Assembly (NCBI GenBank): GCA_001179505.1
Contig: CDMY01000850.1
Coordinates: 1 to 64,000, forward strand
Length of the DNA stretch: 64,000 nucleotides
Origin: Vitrella brassicaformis CCMP3155
Taxonomy: Eukaryota; Protista; Chromerida
Direction of reading: 5' to 3'
This document shows, piece by piece, positions 47,243-60,420 of this stretch; position 1 is the first letter of the stretch, and every line of letters starts with the position of its first letter. The notes under the pieces are model-generated. The model searched no databases, was not told the origin of the DNA, and saw nothing but the letters and a program-made list of their open reading frames with translations. A program made the translations under genes and the position numbers.

Positions 47243-50101
47243 ATGAGGGCGGCCATTCAACGGATCTGCACCGCTCCCCAAGTCAGCCGCATCCACGAGA
47301 TCCGCTTCTACGCCTTCTTTGGTAATAATTTCACAACAATCGTGCCCGTACACAACACAACACACACTCAGCAATGACAGTCAGACAATGTGTGTGTGTG
47401 TGTGTGCGTGTGTGAGCAGAGGATGTGTTGATAACGTTCTCCCTTCTCATCATGGCCATTGGCTTCTTGCTGGCAATGGAGGCGGACATGATTTACTGGC
47501 CCGTGTTCTACCTGGAGATGTTCGACAAGGACATCACCCGCAGCATGCTGCTGCCCGTCTACACGGGGCTGTGCATCCTCTCGCCCCTACTTGTCGCATG
47601 GATCCTTTGGGTAACCAAGGAAGAAGAAACGCTCACGAACAAACAGATAGAGAGAGAGACCAATGCAATGTGCGTGTTATGGTGCGGTGCGCCTGTCAGA
47701 TGAAAGTGGAGTCGAGTCCGCTGCGGCTGCGTGCGTTGTCTGCCCGCACAGCCGAGGTGCCCCGTCCCCACCGTGATGGCGTCCCCACCATGATCCCATG
47801 GCCAACGCGGGCACGGGTGCTCTACCTCTCTGCGGCGATCCCTATTCTCGGCTTCACAGTGACGATTGAGTACCTCTCCGGCTATGTCGACCCTTTCCGC
47901 ATGAGCCGATTTGAGCTGTGCTGGCTGACCTGGGTGACGAATGTGGTCATGATGCATTTGTCGGGGGTGCTGGTGGACCTCATCCCCAGCCGCATCGTCA
48001 AGAGGTACGAGTCAGCCTCGCCCCAGAGCTCCCTCCATTCCACCGACCCGGCATCAACGAGCCCCGATAGCGCACCCGATGAGCCCCCCAGCGCCCCTGT
48101 GTCTGTGGCCGTCGACCCAGTGGAGACCGAGACGCTCTGCTACCTTTTCCAAGTGCTGTGCATTATACCCAACAGCGCATTCATCGTAATGCTGATACCG
48201 CTTGCGAGCTACCCCGGCCTGATGGCGTGGCAGCGGCGGGACTATGGCGTGCTGTTTGGCGTCAATGGCGAGGGCGAAGGTGGGGAGGGGGAGGGGCTGG
48301 TGGATGCCCGGCCTTATGTGGACATGATGCGCATCGTGGCTACCGACTCGCTGGCCTTCCTCGGCTTGACGCGGACGTCGACCCACGTGCTGCGGATAGC
48401 GGCTGATGTGATGAGGAAGACGATTCGGGGCAAGAACGCACAGGCCTTCAAGAGGTGGTGTCTGCCCGAGCGCATCTACGGGTCTCGCGAGCTGTTCGCC
48501 CTCAACACCATCATGTTCGCCCACATGTGCATCTTCGCCCCACTGAACCCTTGGAACGCCTTTGTCGGTACGTCGAGTGAGGCGATGCGGCAACGGGTGT
48601 GGACTTGACTGACACATATGCGATCGATGTCATGTGGGTGTCATGTATTGTATTGTATGCAGCTGCTCTGTTCCTGATAACCCACAAGCTGATGCGCATG
48701 GTGCGCATTCGATTCCTGTACGCTGATGCAGAGGTGAGGGAGGGAGGGAGGGAGGGAGGGGGTCGGGAACCATTCACTCCCCTCTTGGCTGGGCTGAGTG
48801 TCCTCTCTTCTCCGACCTGCTGCAGGACACAGCCAGCCATGACGATCGTGTGTTGCCGGTGGCCGTGGCGGCACTTAGCCCCTTCGCCGCCCTCTGCCAT
48901 GTCTTCCTGCTCGCACCACTGGCACTCAGATACACACGTACGCAAATCCATCATCATACCCAATCCATGCCATGCGATCGCTTCTCACCCTCATTTGATG
49001 TGTCCCGGTCTCTTCGTCACGTCAGTGACCGCCCTGACCGGGCTGGCGGTGACGGGGACGGTCGTCACTACGTGGGAGATCTGGCGGAAGCTCACGCAGC
49101 GGAGACTGATGCTGAGGTGCAAAGCCTTCGACAACGACGAGCCTTATGTGGAACCGCCGGCGCCCTCCAGCTGCACCCCCCTCGCGCACAACCAGCTCAA
49201 TGACGACATGCTCGCACAGCATGAACAGCAACACCAACAACAGCCAGACCAACGAGCTGATGATGATGCCCATGAGACGGGACAGGGAGGGGGAGAGGGG
49301 GAAGAGGCCCAAGGCGGCGCAACGAGCCCCGAGGACGGTGCGCAGGGTGGCGGTGCGGACGAGGCGACGCCGATGAACCGCAGCACCAGCCAGCTGGAGG
49401 TGGATCTGGGGGGCACGACGTCTGTTCCCGTGACGCGGTTTCGGCAGGACCTTGACGTGCAGATGGAGGCCATCTCGAGCAGAAGCGACCCTGCCGCTGC
49501 TGCTGCGGCTGCTGCTGTCGCTGACTTTGCGTATCAGATCGACATTCTGTCTCCGCCCTGCTCTCCCACACTGCCGATCGACCCATGGTTCCAGTCGATT
49601 CGGTCGCGGCCTCCTGACTGTCCTCCTTCAGCCCCACCAGCACCAGTTGCCCACTTTCCCGCCCCCATGTCGTTCGTCGCCCTCATGGACGGGGCAAGGC
49701 CGGGCTTCACTGAGGCCTACCCCAGCACCACGGGCGGCTCCAGCAGCAAGATGCAGCCGACATCCTGTGCGGACGAAGAAGAGGGCGATCGGCGCTCCAG
49801 CGACAGCACCCCGATGCAGCGGCCGCGCACCATTCGGCGGTCGTCACCCGAGCTGAGCCCCCCCTCTGACGCGCCGACGTCGGTGCTGTCGCCTTGTGCG
49901 TCGCCACACCCGTCTGTGCGTCGATCGGCCCCTGCTGTGCCGCCACTGGACCTGAGCAAGCTCATACGGCCCCCGGGAACCGTGGCGAGGCGACCGGGTG
50001 CCTTCCCCCCTGTGACGCTGATCAATATAGGCGGTGGGGTAATGTCGTCTCCATCTGTGGTGCGCTCGGACAGCGAGAGCACGCTGGGAGGCGGTGGGTA
50101 G
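47243..50101 (+). CDS. Hypothetical multipass membrane protein with long disordered C-terminal tail
   Basis: Spliced start MRAAIQRI...FYAFF|EDVLITFSLLIMAIGFLL; several hydrophobic helices in ORFs 47425, 47319 and 48599. Exon structure in 48570-49010 is uncertain. Confidence 0.65.
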
Positions 50102-50860
50102 GGAGGTAGGGGGCGGGGGGAGGAAGTGGTTTTGTCGGTGGGCGTTTTGTCGCCCGCTGTGTTATGGATGGGCGTGTTCTGTGGTGTGTGGTTGTTTTTG
50201 CTCCCTACTGTTGTTTGTGAGAGGAAGATTGATTGGTCTTCATTGTTGATGGACGGCTGTTGCTGCGAGCTGACAGGCTGCTGCACATGGTGTGACGGGC
50301 GTGGGTGGTGTGGTGGGCGGAGGGAAGCGACTTTCTTAACCCATTTTCCCCAAAAGAACTGTTTCTCGCCCGCCTCACTGTGTGCACGGCGTGGATGGGT
50401 GGGTGCATGCTATGATTCGTACATGGTCTTTTTCATCGTTTTCCCCTTTCCTCGGTCCTTTTCTCTGAAGGAAGATTCCTTCATCCCTTCGAGTGAGTAT
50501 TGTAGATCGACAGACCGACAGACAGACAGACCGAGAGACGGTAAGGCCTAGGCATGTGTCATTGATGTAACAATGTAAGGCAGGGATTGCGGCAAAGGCT
50601 GCATGGATGCATGAAATGGATGGTCCGATTGGCGCGATGAGATGTGTTATGTCCTGTCTGTGTCTGTGTCTGTGTGTGTACAGACGTCCCGTCCATGTGT
50701 GCGTGCACGAACGTTGCATCTATGGGGGCGGTTGGGTCTGTGGGTCTGTCGGTCTGTCTGTGTGGTGGCAAAAGAGACCTTCCATCGAACAGATGAACGC
50801 TTTTCCTCCCAGCAAGAAGAGAAGCACACAAGTCCGGAGATCGCACACACCCCACATGCA

Positions 50861-53564
50861 TCATCGCACTTCGGCGGAGACGCCTCTCTGGACAACACGG
50901 GTTGGCTCGGCAACTCCTGCTGCTGCTACTGCCGAGCACTCATTTCCTCCCGTCTGTCTGGTCGGCGGCGCTGCCCTCTTCTTGTCTTGTCGCGATTTGT
51001 GGAAGCCCGCTGCGATCTGCTCGAGCGACTTGCCGGATGTCTCGGGCACACTGACGATGGTGAAGAGCAGCACCAGGAAGGTGAAACCACCGAACAGCAA
51101 GAACGTGCCTGCAGTGAATGAATGGGACAGCAGGCTCGTTGATGATGAGTTGTTTGGCTGGGCAGCTGTTCTGAGCCATCCCTTCCTCCCTCCCTGCCTC
51201 CCTGCCTCCCTGGCAAGTCAATAGGTACCTGCGATGGAGAGGGTGTTGAACAGTGTCTCGAATGTCGCCCCTGTGCAGAATGCCAGAGCCCAGAAGGCAA
51301 CCACCACGATGCCCATCCCAAACCCCCTCAAGTGGGATGGCAGCACCTCCGACGCCACGACGTACATCAAACCCGCCCTGACAGCAAACAGCAGCCCAGC
51401 CAAGGGATAGACACATCCATCCATCCATCTGTCCATGTCTGCTTCCTGCGTGTCTCACCACCCGCCCACCCACCAACCCACCAGCATAGGTTCCAGAAGA
51501 ACATGTATAGGAGCATGGCCACGACCGACACTGCTGCAGCACTAGACCACGCGCCCGCCATGGCGAAGGCCGACGCAAACAGCAGGTGGCACATTAGCAT
51601 GCCTGAGGAGAAACGAGCACAAGGATAGTACGGGGGCCCCTCCCTCCCTCCCTCCCTATGTCCCCTTGCACATCTATGTACCTGCTGTGCCTGCGATGAG
51701 GAGGGTCTTCCTGCCCAATTGGTCGACGGTGAGAAAGGTGACAAACACGCCGATTGTCTGCACTAATCCAGGCATACATCCACAAGAGAAGGCAGGCAGG
51801 CAGGCCCACCTTGACAAGTCCAATGCCCACACCTGCGACATACATAGATCAGCACGGGCACACCCACAAATCTCCACAAGGGAGCTCAGCAATTGGAGGC
51901 AGATAGATGCAGCCGAATCGTACCTGCGATGTAGCTGCTCCTCGCCGACACGCCTGCCAGCATCAATACGTCGGTCGAGTACGGCAGCACCGCGGGCGCC
52001 CCAGTCATATTCTGAGACCACACAAACAAACAAACAGCATTCCTGCCATCTGTGCGAAGGGGACCCCCTGTCCGCGTTTTCCTGACTGACATTCGCAGCG
52101 GCACATCCGACAGCGATGGCAAGCTCCGTCCTGTGACGCCGCAACTGACGCCCCAGCCTACACACAGACATAGACACGCCACGCCCAGTTCTGCTGGTTA
52201 ACCGGCACGGTGAATGTCTCACATACGTGACTTGGAGCATCGCCCCCACATTGTCCATTTCCCCCTGACCATCGCCTTGATCGCCCTTCGTCAAGGGAGT
52301 CGCCTCGCCTACTGCTGCTGCTTCTGTCGGCTGCTGCTGCTGCTGCTGCTCTTGCTCCTCCTTCTGCTGCGGTGAATGCTGTTTGCTGGCTTCAAAGGGG
52401 TCGGGAAAGACGTGTGAGAAGTCGAATGTGCCCATTCGCGACTGAAGGCTGCCCCGGCGCGTGAGGGCCTCTGCGCGTCGCTTCTCGCGGATCATGGCGT
52501 GCAGCTGTGTGTCGATGTCCTCCTGAGCTGCCCCCAGCTTGAGCATGGTCTCCTTGGCGACGTCGACACGACCCTGGATGACTAACCTGCACACAAGAAA
52601 ACGCAGACGACTGACTCATGGAGGATTCTTGCGTTGGCGTGACGTTGGCTGCCTGACCATCGCGGGCTCTCAGGCAGCAGGATCAGCCCAATCGCCTGAT
52701 GTGTCGAGAAGACAGGAGGCCAATGCACCCCCTGGACACGTATACATCATGGCATACCCCCACCCACACACCATACCTGCAGGAGTCCGGCAATGGCCAC
52801 CGCCCCGAGCAGTACCCGCCAGTAGGGGGCCGGGTCGGTCAGCATCGCCGCCACACCGAAGCTACACATCACTCCCAAACACTGGCAAATTTCCTGATTG
52901 ATTGCGACAAACGAATGTACAGCCAGCCCGCCGTGGACAAAGACAGTCTTCTCTGCACCTCACTCACCTGGCAGAGAACAAGCTGCCCTCTCTCCCTCTC
53001 GGGCGCTATCTCGGCCACATAAGTCGAAAAGGTCACCATACCGATACCCACACCCACGCCAACCTGACAAGGCACATAGAAAGAGGTGTCCTGCCGAGTC
53101 CCCGAGCACCGCCACTTTCCATCCCTCCCTCTCTACACCCACTGACAATGAATCTTCCGGCCAGGAGGATCCAGTACCGCTGCGCCACCGCCATGAGCAC
53201 TGCAGCAATCACGATGCAGCCATCAGATATGCCCATCGACACCACGCGGCTCATATCCTTGGCCAGAGATCCCGCGAACAGGGCGCCAACCACTGCTCCC
53301 GGCGCAGGCAGGGCGACCATGAGCTGTTTCTCGAAGCACGAGAAGGCGCCGCCGCACAGATTGAACTCAAGCCGAACCGGCTCCAGGATGATGGCAACCA
53401 CCGACAGATCATAGCCCAGCAGCAGACCTGCAGGCCGCAGCGGAAGACAGAGGGAAAGAGAATCTGGGAATGAGGTCCGTTTCTTTGTGCAGATAGCCGT
53501 GCCAACCTGTCAGGGCGGTGAACCCGACCACAAAGTACAGCAGTAAGGGCTTGTTATCTGCCAT
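50861..53564 (-). CDS. MFS sugar porter family transporter, multi-exon
   Basis: GLLLGYDLSVV, GALFAGSLA, LLAGRFIV|GVGVGIG...YVAEIAPERERG, DQLGRKTLL, YVVASEVLPSHLRGFGMG, VPETSGKSLEQI. Confidence 0.92.
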
Positions 53565-53800
53565 CTCTGTTGGGCGTTTACGCGAGCTTAGGGGAGCGCG
53601 ACCACTGGTCTAGGGTAGAACCGAAAAGTGAACCGAAAAGTCGAGAAAGAGCGTTAGCGAGGTCTCGCTCTCGTCCCTCGAAGGCAGCACCAGCCTCGCG
53701 GTATCACTTCAGCGTCCCTGCAGCTCTCCGTCTCACAGCCAGGTCACCCCCTGCATCTCTCGTGACTCTCCCTCCCCTCACAGCCCAGCACAGCATCAAG

Positions 53801-54598
53801 ATGTCGGCCACGGCGAAGCAGTCGAAGGTCAAGAACATGTTCCCGGTGAGCTGGCAGCGAGGGGGGGATGCTGCACGCACAGATCTGGCAGGAGGTGTCT
53901 CACATGGAGTATGTCCCTGTGTGTGGTGCTGTGCTGTGCTGTGATGCGGGTCGGTGTGTTGCAGCCCAACCGTCGCTGTATGTTCAAGGAGCCGACAGAG
54001 CTGCAGCACGCTCGCGGCGGCCGCAGCCGCATCTTCAACCCCGGCGACAAGGTCCGCCTCTACGGATGCGCAAACCACACCAAATGGCTCAGTAAGCACA
54101 CACACGCACACACACACACACACAGGACAGACAGCAGACACCACTGACCTGTCTCTATCTGTCTGTCGCGCTGCGCTGTGTGCGTGTTGTGGCCTGGCCA
54201 CCAACCACATCCCACCAGTCGACACGGCGGACGAGGAGCACTTCTACGTGAATGTCGAGTGGAAGGACGACGGCACGCTCAAGGAGCTCGAGTCCAAGGA
54301 CAAGTTCTGGGACGAGGAGACCGCCGCTGAGGCTGAGGAGGTGCAGACCACAGCACCGCCTGCCCCCGCTGCCGTCCCTGCCGCTGCTCCCGCCGTCGTG
54401 TCCGCCGCCAACGCATCCGCCGGATCGGACAACACGTCGGAGGAACAGAAACGTAAGCCACGCAATTGACTGACGCGATTGGCTCGAGTGGCAAACGTGT
54501 ATTGTATTGGATTGGATTGGCGTGTGTGTTGTGCGCAATGACATGCAGGTTCGTGGTCGTCTGCCGTGGCCAAGGAGCCCGTCGCAGCCAGCAACTAG
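53801..54598 (+). CDS. Small hypothetical protein (4 exons), possible SH3-like barrel and Ala/Pro tail
   Basis: Canonical splices give MSATAKQSKVKNMFP|PNRRCMFKE...IFNPGDKVRLYGCANHTKWL|IDTADEEHFYVNVEWKDDG...|RSWSSAVAKEPVAASN*. Confidence 0.65.
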
Positions 54599-54894
54599 GC
54601 TGGCTGTCCTCATGAGCGTGTCCGTCGTCTTTTTTGCGCTGGTGGCGAGGGCAGCCGAGGCCGGCGTGAGGCGAGCATGGTGGCTCGTGTCTGTCTGCCT
54701 TGCGCATGCCATGCCGGCCTCGTGCACTTATGTTATGCTGTGCGTGGATGGCTGCCTGCCTGCCTGCGTGCGTGAGAGTATGCATGTTTGTCAATAGTAC
54801 AGGTGCGGTGTGTGTGCGTGTGTCGGTTCGGTGAGGGGTGGGGTGGGCGGAGCGAGAGAGACGTCTGTGTACCTGCTTGTGTTGTGTGTGTGGG

Positions 54895-55194
54895 NNNNNN
54901 NNNNNNNNNNNNNNNNNNNNNNNNNNNNNNNNNNNNNNNNNNNNNNNNNNNNNNNNNNNNNNNNNNNNNNNNNNNNNNNNNNNNNNNNNNNNNNNNNNNN
55001 NNNNNNNNNNNNNNNNNNNNNNNNNNNNNNNNNNNNNNNNNNNNNNNNNNNNNNNNNNNNNNNNNNNNNNNNNNNNNNNNNNNNNNNNNNNNNNNNNNNN
55101 NNNNNNNNNNNNNNNNNNNNNNNNNNNNNNNNNNNNNNNNNNNNNNNNNNNNNNNNNNNNNNNNNNNNNNNNNNNNNNNNNNNNNNNNNNNNNN
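54895..55194. other. Assembly gap (300 N)
   Basis: N run after a TG/G tract. Confidence 0.99.
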
Positions 55195-56671
55195 CTTGGA
55201 TGGGCGGTGGTCTGAGTGTCCTCCTTCTCAGCTCAGCTCAGTTCGGCCAGACCGGCTGGCTGGCTGGGTCAGTCAGTATAGCCGTGTTGACTGCAGACAG
55301 GTGAATGCTTTGACTCACATCGACCGAATCGAACCGATACAACAGCTGCCTGCTCACACCCACATCCACGCCTACCTGCCTGGCTTGTCTGCTTCTCTCT
55401 CTCACTCTCTGTCCTGTCCCGTCCTGAGTGGGTGAATTAAGGTACCCCTCTCTCTCTCTCTGAGTGTGCGTGCGTGTGCGTGTCTATCTTTATCTCTCCC
55501 TGTGTTTCTGTTCCTGGCTCTGTCGCAGAGAGCGCCCCAGTACCATGACAGACAGACAGACAGACAGTCAGACAGACAGCCTGTCTGTTGGGCAGCCTGC
55601 CAGCCTGCCAGCCTTAGGCCGCTTCATCTCATCTCGGTAGTGGTTTTTGTGTCGTCAAGTTTTCCTTCTAGTGAACCCCTCACAGTCTACATCACACCTG
55701 CTGCCTCTCTGCCTTTTGTGTGCCGGAGATGACGGACGCTTCGATATATGTCAGCAGCAGTATCGGCGAGCACGGCAGTCCTCCGCGTTTGACTCCGAAG
55801 CTGGTGCTGGTGTGGACCTGAGCGTCCGTCATTCATCGGCACACTGGGAGGTGCAAGACAGAGAGAGGCAGAGCAGAGCAGAACAGACAGACAGACAGCT
55901 GCCTGCCTGTGTTCGTACGAGTGGATTCGGACTCACGTGATGTCCAATGGTTTTGGCGTCTCAATGGCGGCTTCTCGGGGCGGACGCGCGGATGTCAAGA
56001 AGGCGATCTGGTAGAACAGATGCCTTCGTTGCGTCCGGGTGGCGGCATCATTGAGGAGTGGCCGGTGAGACGCTAGATCCTTTTGTGACGTCAGGTCCGC
56101 ATGGAGGCAGATACAGGCAGGTGGTGCAGGTGGGTGGTAGGGGATGCGAGTAAAGGAGCGGACGGATGGGTCTGTGACGTGTCTGTCATTCCGTGTCCAG
56201 TGTTGTGAGCTGCCCTCGCCACACACGTATATGCATGCCCCAGTGGTGGGTGAGTGAGGTGAGTGGACTCTGCTCTGCTCTGCCCCTGCCCTGCCCTGCC
56301 GCACACACGGGCTTCCTGCCTGATTGCCAAACGCCTGGCTGGAGGCCGTGTGGTGTGTGGGTGGCTGGACAGATGGATGGATGGACCCAGCTCGATGACC
56401 CATCTCCGTTAAGAGTATTAGGTGTATTTCAGTAACCCTCGCACTGAGTGGGCCGGCAAACTCATCCCATCCCATCCCAGTCTGTATACAGGTCTACACT
56501 CTTGCAACTCACTCGTCAAGAGCTGCGTGGGTGTGGCAGCTGCGACAAGCACCAGACGGTCACCGACGGCAAGACACACTGCAACGCATCCTCGCCCTCA
56601 TACACTCGCTGATCGATCGTGTCACATTTCACAGCAACCTTGACTTCACTGCTCGCGGGCCGCTGCTGCTG

Positions 56672-58302
56672 CTATGCTGCTGCAGCACTCCCTGCTGGCC
56701 CGTGCCCACCATCAGCCGCCTGGCTGTCAGCCGCCGATACACTGCTGCCCTCTGCCTCTTGCTGCTGCTGCTGCTGCTCTTCCTTGTGCCTGTCCATGAC
56801 AAGCTGCAGCGCCTCGCGCATCCTCATGGTGGTGTTGTGGTCCTCACCAAACACCTCTATTGCACTCTCGATACCCTTCAGACACACACCACATACCACA
56901 CACCATGACATGGCATGACATGGCATGGGGGCGCCGTGCACTGTGTGAGAAGGCTCCCCACCCGTGTGAGTGATATCTTGGCGAGCAGGTTCTGGGCCCT
57001 CTCGGCGTAGGCAAGACCTGAAGCGACATGTATGACACGGCGAGGAACGGACGGACAAAAGGCCAGCCACATCTCTCTGCGTGTGCCGTCAGTGCGTGCG
57101 TGTCTGTGTGTATGTGTGTATACCATACCCAGGTTGTAGTATCCGATTGCGATGTAGGGGGTGTTGGGGTTGCCATCTGTGAGCTGGTAGAGGATCAGCA
57201 GCGCCTCCTCATAGTCCTCGATGGCCTTGCCCGGCGCCCCCAGCTCCTGGTACACCGCACCACGCGCATTCAGCACCTCCGGCAGCGTCGGACACATCGG
57301 CCCGCCCAACTCCTTCCTGAATGAATGGCTCAACCACACAACACACACACACCATGACGAGAGAAGCGGTGAGCACCTGACCGCTTCATTCCTCGGTCGG
57401 TCAGTTGGTTTGTCGGCTGTTTACATGGTGGTGTAAGCCTTTTCGAGCCACTCGAGCGCCTCGTTGGGGTCGCCCTTGTCTCGGTGTGCGAGGCCGATCA
57501 TGCTGTAGCACTTGGCGAGGGGGAGGGTCTCGACGTGCTCGCCCGCTATCCTCTGGTACACCTTCATGGCACGGGTGTACATCGTGATGGCGCGCTCGTG
57601 GTTGGTGTTCTGGTGGTAACTCATACCAAGGTCCAAATACTGATCTGCAGAGGTGGACCACACCACAAACCAACACACAACACACTCTGGTGGGAGTCGG
57701 GTCGTCAGTCATTCTCCCCAGTGAGTGAGTGTGTTGCAGTACGAACCAACTACCGTACCGGCGAGTTTGGGGTCATCCATGGCGCAGACGGTGAGGAGTA
57801 TCTTCATGTGCTGCTCCATGTCGGCGATGATGGCCCGCATCTTGGCCTTGCTGCTCACGTACCCCAGGTTGATGTAGGTGTCCGACTGGGGCAAAAACTC
57901 CATCTCCTGAGGCACCTTCCTGAACAAATCAGACGACTCCGACTCGGCAGCGCCGCCCTCATCATTGACAACACCCGGCTCATCCTCGTTCTCCTTCCCG
58001 CTGCCCTCTGCATCTTGGTGCTGCTGACGTGGGCTCGCCCTGACGTCCACAGGCTCTGCTGCTGAAGCGCTATCTGTTGATGCTCTCGCATCTGCCTGTT
58101 CTGATGGGTGTGGCTGCTGTGGCTGCTGTGATGACAGCGATGACGAGAAGGATCTGGGCTGCATCTGCATCAAACATCCCAGGTGTGGCTGCCGCTGCCT
58201 CGACAGTCTGTGCCGCACCAGGCAAGGCGGCGGGTTGGGAACGAAGCAGGGGAGCAAGCGCGATGACACGAGGGATCTTCGCATCACGTTGTGCAACTCC
58301 AT
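56672..58302 (-). CDS. TPR-repeat protein (kinesin-light-chain/TPR_12-like repeats) with mitochondrial-type presequence
   Basis: LGMSYHQNTNHERAITMYTRAMKVY, LAKCYSMIGLAHRDKGDPNEALEWLEKA, LNARGAVYQELGAPGKAIEDYEEAL, VFGEDHNTT. Arg-rich leader ends PRSFSSS. Confidence 0.8.
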
Positions 58303-58377
58303 CAATCTTTGCTCGGGAGAGGGTTTCGCGGCAGGGTTTCGCCGCGAGCTTAGCTGCTGAGGAGGGATCGGTCAGAC

Positions 58378-59976
58378 ATGGAGACTGGCTCTGCGGTTGT
58401 GGTAGAAGAATCAGGCATTCAGCTTCGGGCATCGCCTCTCACCTTCGGCCTGCAGCAGCTGCAGCAGGTGAGATGGATGGATGACAGGCCATACACAAAC
58501 ACGACACGACATCAGGGATGCCATCCATCATCTGTGTTCTCCCTCCCCTCCCCAGCTGTTCAGTGGGGAGTGTCCGCTTGAGGCGATTGATGACGCGCTG
58601 GTGCGTCATGGTGGCGACGTGGAGAAGGCCACCGAGGACTTGTGTGTGATCATCGAGAGCCTGGCTGAGGGCAAGAGCGGTGCGCAGCCACAGTCCCATG
58701 ACGCAGAAGAGCAGCAAGAAAAGCCGGAGCCTCCTCCTCATCCTCCTGCTGCTGGGCCGAGCGATGCCGATGAGCTCCTAGCCCGACAGCTGCAGGACTA
58801 CGAGTGAGGAGGAAAGGAAGCAAACGCACACACGTGACGTGCTTTATCTATCAGTCAGTCGTGGTGGCCAAACTCTTGTCTGTCTTCCTTTCGTCCTTTC
58901 CCTGGTGTGTTCATTCAGGGACAGCCGTGCCGCCCAAGCCGTCGAGGCTGCGAGGAGGCAGGCGGCACAGCCCAGCGGCAGCAGCGGTGGCGGCGGAGGC
59001 GGTCCTGGCATCTTCCCTCTGCCCAATCTGGGAATACGCAAGCCGCAGTCGTCGTCGTCGCAGCCCCTGGCAGCTGCTGCTGCTGCTGCTGGTGCTGGTG
59101 GAGAAGGGTGGGGCCAGCCAAGGCCGAAGGGCCAGCTTGCGGCAGAGAAGATGAAAGGTCAGGAGGGAGGACACAGAGAAGCAGACACTTCGAAGGCGAA
59201 GGGAGGAAGACTCACAGGCATGTGTTGCGTTGTGTTGCGTGTTGCGTTCAGAGATCAGAGAAAAGATGGGTGACGGCATGAACCGCCTGTTTCGCCGCGG
59301 CAAGAAGGCCCCCGAGCCACGGGGGGCGTATGGCCCGAATCTGCAAGACGAGGGCAGCATCAGCTTTGGGATATCCACAGGCAGGGGGTGGGGAGGCGGC
59401 ACATTCAACAGGGCAGGCGAGCCGGGGGAGGTCGAGCCGCTCACCGAGGCCGATGTCATGGTGGACAGCGTCATGCAAGGTCGGTGGGCGGGACGGACCG
59501 ATGGACCGATGGATGGATGGATGGATGGTGTGTGCTGTGCAGATGCCGGATACACAAACTCTTACGTACCGACGACTGCTGAGGTGAGTGAGTGAGCAAC
59601 GCAGCCACGCAGCCGATGGATGCGATGCATTTCTTTGTGGTCATCCCATCCAATGTGTGTCTAATCTGCGCATTGTTTTGCTTTGCAGGCGGCCCCAAGT
59701 GAGACCCCCCCACCCACTCAGCAGAGTTCTGCCTCGAGCGCACCGAGGACGGAAGGCGGCGACCACTCACCATACAAAGTGCAGTACAAACCGCCGGCAA
59801 ACGGCGACAACGGTACACCCACACGGCCCTCGCAAACCGACAGGACACACACAAGTTGACCCTCACACGCATGTCCTTATGTCATGTCAGCATTCGGTAC
59901 GCCGGCTGCGTCCGAGTCGGTGGATCTCCTAGGCCTGGATGGCCAGACGACCACACAGCAGAGCGGCTCTGCTGAC
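58378..59976 (+). CDS. CUE-domain (ubiquitin-binding) protein, multi-exon
   Basis: LQQLQQ|LFSGECPLEAIDDALVRHGGDVEKATEDL (CUE-like), DELLARQLQ, and a final exon containing DLLGLD. Confidence 0.7.
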
Positions 59977-60420
59977 GGGGCCACCGAGATCTAACCATGT
60001 CTGAGGGTTCTGCAACCGGTGATGCGGTTGTGTTGTTTTTCTACTACCAGCTGCTCGGCTCTTGCACATGTGTAACGTTGTCTAACCGGCCCGCGAATGG
60101 GCATGCGTGAAGATGATGATTCGAGTGATGGCCTTTTGTTCGCGCATTGGATGGATGGATGGATGGATCGATGACGATTGTCGTGTGTTGACGACAGAGT
60201 GTGGACGCGACCAAACGGTATTTCTGTATGGAAGTCGAATTGAGTTTCGTGGATAAAGCGGGCAACGAACGCACAGATGTCCAGTCCACCAATGGTCACC
60301 ATTGGAAGAATCAATAATCACAGAGTCCGGTCGCTCTCCCATATCGATCACGTATGCACACGTCCCACCGACTACACACACGGCAGGCAGGCAGGTAGGC
60401 AGCCCCGCGGCAGACCGGGC

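Noticed and set aside
46961-47374. Cys-containing minus-strand ORF (CSKCG) suggesting a zinc finger
   Set aside because: No complete ligand pattern; it lies in the divergent spacer and overlaps the first exon of the + strand gene.
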